In this document: one piece after another, positions 10,842 through 22,222 of the stretch
Position numbering within the stretch: position 1 is the first letter of the stretch
Layout: each line of letters begins with the position of its first letter
Origin: Camelus ferus
Taxonomy: Eukaryota
DNA length: 64,000 bases
Direction of reading: 5' to 3'
Assembly: GCF_009834535.1 (NCBI RefSeq)
Contig: NC_045697.1
Location: 6,202,001 to 6,266,000 of the forward strand
Position numbers and translations under genes: made by a program
The notes under the pieces: model-generated
What the model was told of the DNA's origin: nothing
What the model saw: only the letters and a program-made list of their open reading frames with translations
The model's database searches: none

Positions 10842-13589
10842 GGGCCTTCCTGAATCTTGGTCAGCATTTGCCTGGCTGGGCATAGAGTCTTGGTCTTGGC
10901 TCACTGATTCCCCCACCAACTTCAATCCTGTTTGGACCAAGTAGACTCTATGAATTCATGCAGCAACTCAGATTCCAGTGGTTCCTTATCTCACAGAAAA
11001 CGGACTGTCATAGGGTGAAATTCTCTGAAAGTGATCAGTGTGAATAGCCTTGAATGACACTCACCCCAAAACACACCCTAGAGAACTCATGCTGGAAACA
11101 CCAGGACTGCAGGGAATGGGGAAGGGGTCCCGTGGGAGTGACTCTCTGAACACAGGAACTGTGGAAGCACCTGGAACACTTAGCTGGGAGCATTCATGTG
11201 ATTCTCCACCTTGGAGAATGATGCTGTCAGCCTCCCATTTTCCTACATCCCTGGGGGGTGGAAATGCTCGCACTGTAGAAAAACCCCATCCATGCACTGA
11301 GGTAATATGAGTCCTTTCTTTTCGTCCAAGTCCTTGCTGGAGGACAGAGGGAAAGACTCGGGGACACCCTCAGTTTTCCAGTTAGTGTGGATTTTACTGT
11401 GCAGATCTCACTGGGGTTTACTGTTGCTCTCGTTTGTTGTAAATAAGCTGGTCTGATTCAGCATTAAGATTTGTGGCAAGACTACAACAAAGACTGTATT
11501 GATTTTAACTCAGAAATATCCATCCGCCACAAATCCTGAAATCTGGGTCCTGGAACCTACTCTCCTGGTTACACAGAAAATGCTGCGTTTAAGTTAGAGA
11601 ATCAAGGTGGGCCCTGCGTGAACTGGCTTGAGGGCTTGGTGGCCAGGACTCTGACCTCTGTGGGAACAGCACCCTGTGCTGGGACCGCCTGGCCCTGGTT
11701 TTGGTGGAGGTTCCAGCTCTGCGTCGCGGCCAGTTCTCTGCTGGCAGTCCATCATGTTCATGCTCCAGTGCTGGGGACTGAAAACCCTCCGTTCTGGATG
11801 GAGATGGCCTGGGAGGGCTGTGGGGACAGACACAAGGTTGGCCTGGAAGGTGGAAGGTGCTGATCCAACTTCCCTGTTGAATCAGGAGAAAACTTTTTAG
11901 CTGCCAGTCAGGATCCAGGCCAGTGCTTCGGTGGGGGTCTCCGAGGAGGTAGGGCCCTCCCTGGGGTCGGCGCCCCCCTGTGCTGCGATGCCTGTTTGTG
12001 AACTTGCAGGACTTGCTGCTTGTCACCTGATGTCAAAGTTGTAGCTTCTCCTCTGTAAGTCTCCGCCAGACAGGACACCCCACAGGGGCAGGGACGAGGC
12101 ACTGGGAAGAGCGGTGTTTCTGGTGCTTAGGCAAGAAGGGTCCTTGGAGCTTCAGGTACAAGAATGTTCCACGGCTCCTAGGGGTGTTGAGTGTTTGGAT
12201 GCTTCCTCAGAGGACAACCAGGTCACATGTGCTGGACCCCTGTGTGCTCTAAGTATCAAGGTGACAAAAGTCAATGATCAGGGACATCTTGAAGGGGGAG
12301 CCATATTCCAATGACCAAACTGACACTTCACCCTTAAGGGTGGGTGAAATGTGCTCAACTTAGGGCACTTAAAAGTTGGATTTGAGTCACCATGAGTGTA
12401 CTGAGGCTGCTGGTTTCTGGGTGAGCGCCTGGTGTCCGTCTTGGACACTGCTGGATTCTTGACTCTCCCTGACCCCCTCCTCCTCCTGTTCTCCTGGGTG
12501 TAGACCTTGTCCTTCAGGAGCTGCTGGGAAAGGGATGAGGGTGGGGAGGAGGGGCTTATGGATCTGGTCCTCAAGACAGACCCAAATGGCTCAAATTATG
12601 AGTGGATAGTTGAGTATCTACTTACCTGGGCTCAACAGGCATCTCTCTCCTTTGCAGAACTGCCTCCATGAGCTGATCTCAGATTTAGGACACAGAATGT
12701 CATCTGTTCTGTGACATCTGTATTTTACTAGCTTTATTGATGAGGGGGCCTTCATTGACTTTTTTCTCTGAGGGCACTTCTGTCAGCTCCAGTGACTAGT
12801 CTTCTTGCCAGACTGTTTTAATTGTTCGCTCTCCTCCACTCCCCGCCGACCCTCACTAAGCCTCCATCAATGTGACGTACAAGCCTCGTCCGTGGAAATG
12901 ATGCCTAGTCCCTGTCGGATTCTCCACTGGCTCCAGGGCTAGTGAGTGTGGGGGAAGGCAGCGGTCCCTGGCAGTGTCCTCATTCACATGCCAGACCATA
13001 GCCCGTTGGTGTCACTAGCCCTGGTCCAGGCGTCCCTGAGCTGTGGGGCGGGTCTTCTATACTGAGTGGCTCCAGGATGTGGCCTGGGGAGTTGGGGGAG
13101 GCGCACTTGCCGGAGTGTGGTTTTCACAGGCTCAGGTCTCCCGTCGGTTCTGTTCCTAACGCCAGGGTTACACTGGGCCTCCATGCTGGCCCCCACCCTC
13201 AATGAGCTCACCCAGCATGACTCAGGAAGGAAATGACTCTCTTCGGCTCGCTCCCCTCCCACCAAATGTTGGTGGAGTCTATCCTGGGCTTTTCAAGCAA
13301 GACTGAGCCTTCGCTGACTGCATGAGGAGGTGGGGGACGGCCTCACTAGTCCCTGTTGGACAGGACTTACCTGCTGACCTCCGGGGGGCTGTCTTGTGAC
13401 CCTTGTATGTGAGAAACACCTGCCTCTTATCTAAGGGGCATGTTTCTCAAGGATCCTGTTCCCTTGGCCTCCCCATGTCCTGGCACTTCCTTGGAGACTG
13501 CTGCCCCCTTAGTCAGCGGAGGCAGACGAAAGAAGGCTGTCCACACCACTGAGTAGGCGGGGAAGCGTCTCCCTGCCCGGACTCAGGCC

Positions 13590-14180
13590 TGATGCGCGGC
13601 TCTTACGGCACCAGCTTCCTCTGCCAGAAGCAGGTGGCAGGCAAACGCTGAGATGCCCAGGTTGGCAGCAAGGAAAGGGCTTGTTCATGAGGCCGCCAGG
13701 TGGGGAGTTGGGAGGACAAGTCTCTGATCCTCCCCTGGATGGCGAGGGGCCCAGGGTATTTATGGGATGAGGAGGCTGGGTAATCTGAGGTGAGGGGAGC
13801 GCTGGGAAAGGTGACTGACGTGGGAAAAAGGCTGGGTCATCATTGTCCTGTGCAGGCACGACTAAGCTGCAGGCTCCTTCACGGGATGAGTGTTCAGAAA
13901 ATGGAAGGCTCTCGAGGGAGTTTTTGGCCCTTTGGCATCAAAAGGTCACCTGTCAGACACTCAGAGCCCAGGGGAGGAGAATCGATGGTCCTAACCAGTC
14001 TTGACCAGCTGGACGACAGCCAACCCCAAGTTCCTGGCAAACAACTTGAGTGCAAGTGTCTTGAGACCTCTGTGTCAGTGTCTGGGGGCGGTGAAGGGGT
14101 CCTACAGCTTCCTATGTGAAGCTGGGAGGACACGCCAGTTTGTAAAGTGAGCCCCCTCAGTGGAGGCAGCTTAGTTTAAG
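13590..14180 (-). mobile_element. ERV1-class LTR, same family as 4345-5035
   Basis: gctgagatgcccaggttggcagcaaggaaagg...tgttcagaaaatgg...gagtttttggccc...aagttcctggcaaacaacttgag. Confidence 0.6.
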
Positions 14181-14857
14181 CAGAAAGGAACAGAGAGCAC
14201 AGGAAAGGCGGGGCTGGAACTCAACTGGTGTTTGCTCTCTTCCCTCGTAAACCCACCGAGGCTGACCCAGGAGAGCAACGTTTCCTTTAGTCCCTTCTTG
14301 CTGCTGAATGCTGGTGCCTCCTCTGAGCTTGGGGCGGGGCCGAGCTGGGCAAGGCCATCCTTGCTCTTGTGCCCTGGCTTAGACGCCCCCGGGCCCCTCG
14401 TGCTGTCTAGGGCACCCCTGCCCTCAGAACGCCAGGGGCCTCTAGGGTCTGGGGGTGCGGACGGGCCTTCCGTTGGGACTCGTTCCTGACCGAGTCCCAG
14501 CCCCCCTGACCGCATGGGACGTGTGGGTTGGGAGCTAGGCACCGGGGCTGTCTCCTCAGGGCTCCGTTCCCCCCGCTGTCTCGTGTCTGAGTGTTCCTTG
14601 TAGATGACATTGCCACCTTACTTGAGGTAGAAGGAAGGTCTGGGTCACTGGGACCAGTGGGAGGTGCTCTCTGCTGGGGTTCAGGCCTCGTGCCTGGGGC
14701 GATGCCTTTTGTACCGATCTCACTGAGCTCTTTGTGACAAAGAACTTTCTGGATGTCTTAGCCCAGGGAGCTGTCCTCACGAACTCTTGGGTTGAAGTCT
14801 CCATGAGGGGATGTGTGGCTTTGGGGCCCAGAAGAGAGCAGCAGAGCTGGGGAAACG

Positions 14858-15762
14858 GCTTGCTGGGCTGCTGGGGAGCACACCCGGCCCCCCTGCCCTT
14901 CTCACTGGGCCTCCCCTGCCGTGGAACTTGCTTTGGATTTACTGTGGACTTTGAGGCTTGAATACATGACCAGGTATAGCCTACAGGTTTATCTTGCTTG
15001 AACTTCTGAGCTTCCTGTATCTGTGGTTTGCCGTAGACCATTAACTTGGGAAAACTCTTGGCTGTCATTCAGGTATTTCTTTAGGTGGCACAGGAAGGGC
15101 CCAAGGCCTGAGGTGCTGTGTTGCCCGCTGCTAGGTCAGTTAGACTTCGATAAAATGGTTCGCAGGCCTTGTTGACCTGAGCTCTTGGCACATTTCAAGT
15201 AGCTGCTCTCCCTCTGCCTGCTGGAAGCACCAGGAAGACTTGCTGATCCTCGCAAGGAGACCGGGGGTGGGGGGGACTCCCACAAGTCAAAGTGGTGAAA
15301 TTGTGGGGAGCTCCCCTGGGACAAGGTCTCCATTGGAGTTTACACCTTCTACCAGTCCCCAGAGCTGAAATGAACTTGTCAGTTAGTTTAAAATGTTCCA
15401 GCAGGTCCTGGGCTTGGCTCAGGCTCATACTGGGCTTCTGTTCCTTTAATCAGACTCTGTGTCCTCTTGTCTGCCTCTCCGGTGGTCGGGGCGGCAGTTT
15501 GGCCTGTGACCCCCTCTTTGAACACGTTGAAATTCACTTCTTATATCCAATGTTTTTCCTACCGTGGGAGAGAAGGCATCCAAGCTCTTTACGTATTACA
15601 TCCTAACTCCTACCTGGGGGAAATTTCTTACCCCCCTACATTCTTACTGTTCCCACAAGCCTCAAAGTCCAAAGTAAATCCGAAATCGTAGGCTGGGTAG
15701 CCAAAACAGACAATCTACTTCTCAGTTCTGGAGGCTGGGAAGTCCCAGAGCCAGGTGCTGGG
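14858..15762. repeat. Local duplication copy A (old minus-strand L1 5'/ORF1 fragments plus MLT1 end)
   Basis: Collinear with 16959-18464. Shared exact anchors: gcaggccttgttgacctg, tctgcctgctggaagcac, gtggtgaaattgtgggga, accagtccccagagctgaaatgaa, ttctggaggctgggaagtccc. Confidence 0.85.
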
Positions 15763-16958
15763 GTTTGTGGTGGGTGAATGTAGTTGGAAATTCGATAAAC
15801 TGGTGCTGAGCTGGCTGAGTTCTGGGCTGTGACGGGGATTGCTGTGTCTCCCCTTAAACAGAACGAAGGGTGTGTCATCAGTGAACATCGTAGAACCGCA
15901 CTGACTTGATGGCAACTGCTGAAAATGGGGAAGAAGACTGGAGTGGGCTCTCCAGCCATTCATTTTCTCATGTGCGTGTGTTTGGGAACCTTATCGGGGG
16001 CAAAATGTCCAACGTTCAGACCCTTGGAAAGAGGCAGCAGCAGCGTCCTCTGCTGGGCACTCAGTACCCCCCGACCCCCCTGCCCCGACACAGGGCTCAG
16101 ATGCTCTGAACACACCAAGCAGGGCATCCTCACCTGCTGCCTACAGAGTCCGATGGCGGTGCCCTGGGGCCGGGGACAGGCTGCAGTCCAAGGGGCTTCC
16201 TGGACTGTCTAGAAAAGAGACTGGGGGTAAATTCAGGGTCTTCAGTGCCTGATGGCCTGGAGCGCTGCAGCCCTGACTCATGGGGACTTTGGACAGATGC
16301 TTGGGCTGGGGCTGCTGGGGGTATTGTGGCAGGTGGCTTTGGGGGCCATCACCCCAGTGAATATGGAATTCCTCCTACAGTGTCTTTGGGAGTGAGAGGC
16401 ACCTTGGAGCTTGAGGTCAGAGCCAGGGCCAAAGGACTTCCTAAACCAGAGAATCTGTATTTAAATCCAGCAACGTGGCCCTATGTGTGCAGATACTGGG
16501 GCCCTCCCAATGGCCACTCCTTGTTTCCAGGCTGGGATTGACCTTATCCCACAAGATGTGAGAAGCAGCTCCCTGCGATGGAAGCCCTTGTTGGTCAGAT
16601 TTAGGTTTGGTGGTGGTGGTGGGGGCGTCCTGTCTTTTCCTAATGGCCACAGATGGCTACAAGCAAATACACACCAGGAGGTAGAACACCTGCCTTGGGA
16701 GAGGGAACCTGGTGACAGGTGCCATAACCTGGAAGTCTGATAAAGTCACTTCCTCGTTGCCGTTTGCATGGTTCCTAATGATCCATAAGATTGTGGAAGA
16801 CAAAAATTACTTCTGCCAGATTTGTGTCCTAAGCAAACCCAGAGGAGACAGTACTGAGGGTGGTGGTCTGGGGCAGTGGTGGCAGAGAGGCCAGCGCACA
16901 GTGGAGTGCAGTCAGGATCCAGGCCAGTGCTTCTGCCCAGTCCCCGTGAGGAGGCCCT

Positions 16959-18464
16959 GCTTGCTGGGCTGCGGGGGAGCACACCCTGGCCCCCCTGCTC
17001 TTCTGACTGGGGCCTCTCCTGCCGTAGAACTTGCTTTCGATTCACTCTGGGACTTTCTGAGGCTTGGATGTGATAGGATGAGGTATAAACCTCAGGTGTT
17101 TGTCCAGGTTGAAATTCTGGGCTTCCTGAATCTATGGCTTGGCGGATGTAATTAAATTTGGAAAACTCTTGGCTATTATTCAGATACTTCAGGCAACACA
17201 GGAAGGCTTCAAGAACCGAGGCTGCCTCACTCATTCCTCCGGTGGATCAGGCTTTGGTAAATGGCTTGCAGGCCTTGTTGACCTGTGCTCTGAGTGTGTT
17301 TCTGACGGCTGCTCTCCCATTCTGCCTGCTGGAAGCACAAGATCTTTTCCTGATTGTCACAGCAAGGCCTGGTTGGGGCTGCCATAAATAAAGGTGGTGA
17401 AATTGTGGGGACCCCCTCCGAGACAAGGTCTCCACTGGAGTTTATACCCTCAACCAGTCCCCAGAGCTGAAATGAATTTGCCAATTAGTTTAAAATGTGC
17501 TGCGTCCAGCACAGCTCGGGACTGTGTCTGAGGATGGGCGACGTAAGACTTAAGAAACAAAAAGACAAAGAGCAAAGATGGGACCAGGGGACTCAAGATC
17601 TCGTGGATCTAGAGCACCGAAAGCCTGGTTGACATCATATTTATTAGGAGTATACAGCGCAGAAAAAAATGCAGTCTAAGAGGTGGGGCTTTAGATATTC
17701 CATGTGATAAGCACTAAATTCTGCTTGTTGTTTAACTGCTTAATTTCAGGCCTATCCCTTCCAGGAGCAATCACCCTCCTCGGGGTATGCAAAATTTCTA
17801 AGTCTATCCTGTGATTGCCTCCGGGACATCTCGAGATAGCAAATATTTCCCCTGGGTTAAACCGCATGCTTTCATGCCACAACAAAGTTCTGCTGTTGGA
17901 TGATCTGGCTTTCCAGGACCATCCATTGTTTCATCCTAAGGAAATATGTGCCCTCCTTGTGCCCTTATGGTCAATCTCAGGATTGCTCACCCCAAATTTT
18001 CTCTAGCATAATATGTGCTATAGGTCATCTACTGCGTAAAACATTAAAACAAAGCAAGCGTGTGCATTTAAGCAAGTAGGTGTGAATGCAGTACTTAAAG
18101 CTCATGGGAATTTGGGTGCCGCTTGTTTTCTAACTGCTTGTTTCCTGGCAAAAAAAGTTCCTGCAGGCACTGGGCTTCTATTCCCTGTAACTGGGGACTC
18201 TGTATCCTCTTGCCTGGCCCCTGCTGGTCGAGGCAGCAGCTTGGCCTGCGACTTCTTTGGATCTAAAAAGTTGTTTCCAGTTTGTTTAATGTTTTTCCTT
18301 CCTACTGTGGGAGAGATGACTTCCAAGTTCTTTACATATCAGAGTCTCCCTCTCACCTGTAGGAAATCTCTTATCCTTCCTCCGTTTTGTAGCAATATTG
18401 ACTGGGGCGGCTAAAACAATCTACTCATTTCTGGAGGCTGGGAAGTCCCGGATCCAGGTGTTGG
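16959..18464. repeat. Local duplication copy B (carries an extra LTR insertion)
   Basis: Same anchors as copy A in the same order, split by 17498-18150. Confidence 0.85.
17498..18150 (-). mobile_element. ERV2/ERVK-type solo LTR
   Basis: TG...CA termini (tgctgcgtccagc...tttcctggca), minus-strand AATAAA near 17640, absent from paralog A. TSD is degenerate and A-rich. Confidence 0.7.
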
Positions 18465-18702
18465 AAGGCCCCTTTCTCTGGCCTGAAGACAGCAGCCTTG
18501 CTGTGCCCTCACGTTGTGAAGAAAGCACTCTCTCTGGTCCCTTCTACCCTTAAAAGGGCACTCATTCCATCATGGGGCTCCACCCTTGTGACTTCATCTA
18601 AGCCTAACCTCTCAAAGGCCCCATTTCCAATTACTGTCACATTGAGGGTTAGTGGTTCAACATTTGAACTTTAGGGGAAATAGAAACAGCGAGTCTCTAA
18701 CA
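18390..18702 (-). mobile_element. MaLR LTR (MLT1A/B-like)
   Basis: ctggaggctgggaagtcc...ggggctccacccttgtgacttcatctaagcctaacctctcaaaggcccc...tctctaaca. Confidence 0.8.
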
Positions 18703-18764
18703 GGTGGGCATTTAGCTGTCACTCTGAAATAGGTGAGCTGTTGTTTAACCCCCAAGATCTTTTG

Positions 18765-19300
18765 TGATAAAAGATACGTAACATAAAGTTTGCCATTTTA
18801 ACCATCTTATGTCTACAGCGGGATGGCAGTAATTAGTGATGCTTGTACAATAGTGTCAGTGTCACTGGAAAACTTGCTCATCACTCCACAAAGAAACTCT
18901 GCAGCCATTAAGCCATGACCCCCATTCCCCTCCTTCCCCAGTCCTCAGCAGCCTCTAGCCTTCTTTATTTCTAACTTTTCTATTTTGTTTCATATGATTT
19001 GATCATAGCATTTGTGTTGTCTGGCTTATTTCACTTACAATAACTGGAAAGTTCATCCATGTTATAAGAGTGGTCAGAAACTCATTCCTTTTTCTGTCTG
19101 ATAACAGTCTGTTACCTGGATATATCATATTTTATTTCTCCATCAGTTGATAGAGTGCCCACATTTTGGCTCTTGTGAATAATGGTGCAATGAACACTGG
19201 TTTATGGATACCTGTTTAAACCCACGTTTTCAATTCTTTAGAGCATTTAACAGGGATTACTGGGTCAAATGTAATCCTGCTTTGAGGAACTGTTGAACCA
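18765..19300 (-). mobile_element. Old L1 (L1M) 3' end
   Basis: taacataaagtttgccattttaacc...tggcttatttcactta...aagttcatccatgtt...gaataatggtgcaatgaacac. Confidence 0.8.
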
Positions 19301-20042
19301 TGAGCTGGCTCTAGAGGCAGCTCTGTGTAGACTTCTTCCTGAGGTCCTTTAGGAATAAAGCCCCCACTAGCTGACAGAATGAACCCTTTTTAGTTTCATA
19401 CTTGAAATTGAACAACTAGGAGGGTCATATCTGCTTCATTAATGTCTGGGTCAGGAAGCCCAACCACCCATTCAAGTGGCTGAAATTCTTTCTTCAAGGG
19501 CACTCATGGATCATTGGCTGTTAAGTGTCGACAGAATAGAAAGCTCAGTCCTCTTTTCTCAGTATGAATTTTTATAAGAAGATCTACTCTATTAAGTAAC
19601 CTCAGATTTTTGAAGCCAGTGACTCCTTTATTGGCAGAGAATAGAAACCACATTGGAGCTTTTCCATAGCATCTCTTGAGGTTGCCTCCTGTGCACTACA
19701 ATACTTAAAAATGTGCCAAACTTGTCCAGAATGACCAGCTCAACTTCCCTTAGGCAGCAAGTCTTGAAACTTGAGTGGTTCACCATAATGCTTATCCTTT
19801 GATTTTGAGGGAATTTTTCTAGGCCTTGTCCTCAATACCTGGGGGTGGAGGGTCTGTCTAGTGATTAGTAAGAATAGAAATATTAACGTTTGCATCCCAC
19901 TTCTGAGAATCAAGACTTGAGTGCTTTTATCACACTTCTAGAAGTTCTTTGGACTAACTGCTAAAAGTTTTACATTCTTAGAGGAATCCTAGAGAAGATT
20001 CCTCTCCTGGAGAAGGGTGGTGGGGCAGTTCTAAAGCCATTA

Positions 20043-22222
20043 CAGGCACACCTGGAGATACTGCATGTTCTATTCCAGACACCACCACCAACGAAGTGAA
20101 CCAGTGCCACATGAACTTTTCAGTTACTCAGTGCATATGAAAGTTTACACTATACTGTAGCCTGTGTGTGCAACAGCATGTCTAAATGTCCATACCTGAG
20201 ATACTTCTTGCTAAGAATTGCTAACCATCACCTGAGCCTTCAGTGAGTTGCAATCTTTTTGCTGGTGGAGGATCTTGGCTTGATGTTGATGGCTGCTGAC
20301 TTAGGGTGGTGGTTGCTGAAGGTTGGGGGGTAGTTTTGGCAATTTCTTAAAATAATTCAACAATGAAGTTGGCCACATGGACTCTTCCTTTCACAATTTC
20401 TCTGTAGGATGCAATGCTATTTGATAGCATTTTACCCATGGTAGAACTGAAAATCTGATTCAGTCTTTCAAACCCTGCTGCTGCTTTGACTAAATTTACA
20501 TAATATTCTAAATTCTTCGTCATTTCAACAGTATTCACAGCATCTTCACTGCATCTTCACCAGGAGCAGATCCTTTCTCCACTCATCCCTAAGAAGCAAC
20601 TTCTCATCTATTTTATCAGGAGATTGCAGTGGTTTGGTCACATCTCCAGGCTCTGCTTCTAATTCTAGTTCTCTTGCTATTTCTACTACATCTGTAGGTA
20701 CTTCTCTACTGAAGTCTTGAACCCCTCAAAGTTATCCAGGAGAGTTGGAATCAACTTTCAGACACGTGTGAATGTTTACTTTGATCTCTTCCCACAAATG
20801 ACAAATGTTCTTCATGGCATCTGGAAGAGTGAATCCTTTCTAGAAGCTTTTCAGTTGACTTTGCCGAGATTCAGAGGAATCAGAGGCAGCTATAGCCTTA
20901 TGAAATGTGTTTATCAAATAATAAGACTTGAAAGTCAAATTACTCCATGATCCATGTCTACAGAATGGGTGTTGTGAGTGGACATGAAAACACACATCTC
21001 ATACACCACTACCGGGGCTCTTGGGTGACAGATGCATTGTCAATGGGCAATAATATTTTGAAAGGAGCCTTTCTGAGTGGTAGGTATCAACAATGGGCTT
21101 AAAATATTCAGTAAACCCTGTTAACAAATGTGCTGTCATTTGGGCTTTGTGGCCTTTATAGCACACAGGCAGTCAATTTAACATGGTCAAGAGCCCTAGG
21201 ATTTTTGGAAGGGTAAATGAACATTGGATTCAACTTAGTCCTCAGCTGCATTAGCCCCTAACAAGAGTCAATGTGTCTTTTGAAACTCAAGCCAGATACT
21301 GACTTCTCCTCTTCAGCTATGAGATTCTCCAATATGAGGCTGCTTTTCTGCATTGAAGAAAATCTCTTGTTTAGTGTAGTGAATCTTCGTGGATAATCAT
21401 TGCTGGATCTTCCGGAAAACTTGCTGTGTGGCTTTTACATCAGTGCTTGCTGCTTCACCTGCCACTGAAGTTTGGACATGGCTCCTTCCCTGAAACCTTA
21501 TGAGCCAACCTCTCTTTCTGTTGGTTCCAACTTTTTCTGCAGCTTCCTCCCCTCTGGCTTCAGAGAGTTAGGGTCTTTCTCTGGATTAGGCTTTGGCCCA
21601 CGGGAAAGTTGTGGCTGGCTTGTTCTATCCAGACCATTCCAGCGTTCTCCATTTCAGCCAAATAAGGCTTTTTAACTTTGTTCACTGGATTAGCACTTCC
21701 AGTTTCCCTCAAGAACTTTTCCTCTGCACTCACCACTTGGCTCTTTGGCAAAAGAGGCTGCTTTCAGCCTATCTCGGCCTTTGAAGTGCCTTCCTTACTA
21801 AGCTTAATCATTTCTAGCTTCTGATGTAAAGTGAGAGACATGCCACTCTTCTTTCACTCGAATACTTGGAGGCCATTGTGGGGTTATTCACTGGCCTGAT
21901 GTTGTGTCTCTGGAAACAGGGAAGCACAAAGAAAGGGAGAGAAGGTAGAATGGTGAGTTGGGGAGTCAGGACCCATTTATGGGGGTGCAGTTCATGGTGC
22001 TCCAAACAAGAGTAACATCAAAGATCATTGATCAGATTAGCATAACAAATAGTAATGAAAGTTTGAAACATGTGAGAATACCAAAATTGTGACAAACATG
22101 CAGCGAGCACGTGCTGGGAAAATGGCCCTGACACTTACGGATGCAGGCTTGCCGCAAACCTTTAATTTGAGGGGAAAATAGCAGTCTGTAAAGTGAGGCC
22201 CAACATAGACGAGGTATGTGTG
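20043..22222 (-). mobile_element. Tigger1 DNA transposon, near full length, transposase disrupted
   Basis: TA|caggcacacc left end; gaggtatgtgtg right end. ORF-track fragments MASKYSSERR..., QVVSAEEKFLRE..., [16 protein letters not shown]...[14 protein letters not shown] match the Tigger1/TIGD1 transposase. Confidence 0.92.

Noticed and set aside
18548..21667. Perfect CArG boxes CCTTAAAAGG (18548) and CCAAATAAGG (21658)
   Set aside because: Both lie inside transposon fossils, and a few such 10-mers are expected by chance in 64 kb.
20347..22005. TIGD1-like peptides suggesting a domesticated transposase gene
   Set aside because: Fragments lie in different frames with many stops and deletions; ordinary Tigger1 fossil.
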